A DNA stretch of 64,000 nucleotides, taken from the NCBI RefSeq assembly GCF_036588685.1, contig NC_086384.1:17918001-17982000 (forward strand). The letters run 5' to 3'. Both the position numbers and the translations under genes were made by a program. Under the pieces are notes generated by a model that saw only the letters and a program-made list of their open reading frames with translations, searched no databases and was not told the origin of the DNA. This document shows, piece by piece, positions 62,711 to 64,000 of this stretch. The DNA is from Mytilus trossulus (lineage: Eukaryota). Positions within the stretch are counted from its first letter, which is position 1, and every line of letters begins with the position of its first letter.

Positions 62711-64000
62711 CACCGGTCTGATAATAAAGATCCGCAATTCATGTTCTTTATAACCATTGTAATCAACCGGACCATGTTCCTTCTTTATCTATGAAAGTAC
62801 GCATCATCGAAAAACCACACAAACAGCCCTGTACTTAGTACTCCTTTCCGAAAAGATAGAGAAAATTTCTGGTACTGCAATGCCATATGGTTGCAATGAT
62901 AATGTCAAAGGAGTAGGAAATTTGTCAAGTCCAGCCTGCAGTGATGTTAATGTAATGAGTTTTTTTAATACTACCTTACGAAATAACGTAGTCATGGGCA
63001 AAAACGTTACCATCGGCCTAATGTAAAAAAAAGTCTTCCAAATCTAGATCGTCCTCTGGAAGCTTTAATGACCTTCTTTCTCATCTACATCATCCGTTAG
63101 GGTTACATTACATTAGAACTATTCTTTATTCACTGCCTGTTAATTTTCTAAAATGTTTGAGAGATTATGCACTTAACAAAGGTCAATATACAGACTTGTC
63201 AGTATAGTTTGTGATGTAGCTCTTTTCCGTCTCTTTAAACCAGTACGATCGAAATCTTTACATGAGGAAAAGAGGAAATTCCTTCCTGTTTACTTACCAA
63301 TAGAGGAATTGATGCAATCAACATCAGCAATGTTGTACATCACAAGGAGGTAACATCTAAAATTCCTATTTATTTTCAAAATCTGTCTATTCCTATTGTA
63401 ACCTACAGTTACATCAACACCATTGCACCCAAAATATTTAACTATAAACAAGCATGACAGGACGTTGATTTAGAACAATATCTAAATAAAACCATCTGAC
63501 ATGTGACTGTTCCCACTCGCTTTACAATTACAGCCCCTCTGGCCATGTTATTACTGGGGATCTAAACATAATTCAACAAGAAAATCTCCGAAATGTGATT
63601 TATCATGGTCCTAAGTTAAGAGAACCCTAACACATCAATTGGAACCATAACTTCAAAATAATTATGGATTCCATTGAGGACTACGTCAGAGCATTGGTTA
63701 AACGAGACGAAGTTCAACTGGACACTTTGTCTGAATGGGTCAAAACAATCAGGTCTCTGATAAAACGTCGCATTCATAAGTTGAAAAACTGTGTGAATGA
63801 TCGACCAAAGTCCATTTTTAGTGACAAAGAGGCTGTAAAATGTCTATCATCTCTTCAGGAAAAGTATGATGTTGTTTCTGCAGACAAAGCTTCACATTAT
63901 ATTGTCTTTATATGTAAATCGTATTACTATGAGTGTCTTGTAAAAGAATTAAGAATAAATTAGCACTCAGGTAATCCCACATACAAAAAACATTTCATTT
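62711..64000 (+). mobile_element. Decayed Penelope-like element with GIY-YIG upstream of the RT (Naiad/Chlamys-type order); runs off the window
   Basis: GIY-YIG relic followed by CDC...GHVITGDLNII...GPKLREP and VVSADKASHYIVFICKSYY (the pre-RT PADK motif). Confidence 0.78.

Larger units (their letters stand above)
48055..63332 (+). repeat. Tandem segmental triplication: copy 1 48055-52120, copy 2 52127-57481, copy 3 57488-63332
   Basis: Each copy starts aaatatttcctttattcatcctct and runs to caacatcagcaatg; identical ORF-track peptides recur (49095/54455, 51556/56917). Confidence 0.95.

Overview
AT-rich eukaryotic genomic DNA. The repeat landscape and the intronless nAChR-like genes point to a bivalve mollusc, probably Mytilus-like (inference). 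Main contents: (1) 450-8883, a young full-bordered Ty3/Gypsy LTR retrotransposon with 1.6-kb LTRs, ATAT TSD, tRNA-Leu PBS, PPT and a gag/-1 frameshift/pol layout. Its RT-RNaseH has been deleted in frame, and in the env position it carries a 510-aa non-Env ORF with two C2H2 zinc fingers behind a splice acceptor. (2) Three intronless, minus-strand, divergent nAChR-like (Cys-loop) channel genes lacking the canonical ACh-binding residues, with a six-exon SDR9C-like dehydrogenase gene sitting between two of them. (3) 48055-63332, three tandem copies of a ~4-kb unit that ends in a Penelope-like element with an N-terminal GIY-YIG domain. Copy-specific insertions (a Helentron-type element, a foldback element and a 117-bp MITE) can be delimited exactly against empty sites. 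(4) Many MITEs, LINE/SINE fragments and decayed hammerhead ribozymes. All alignments and counts were done by eye.
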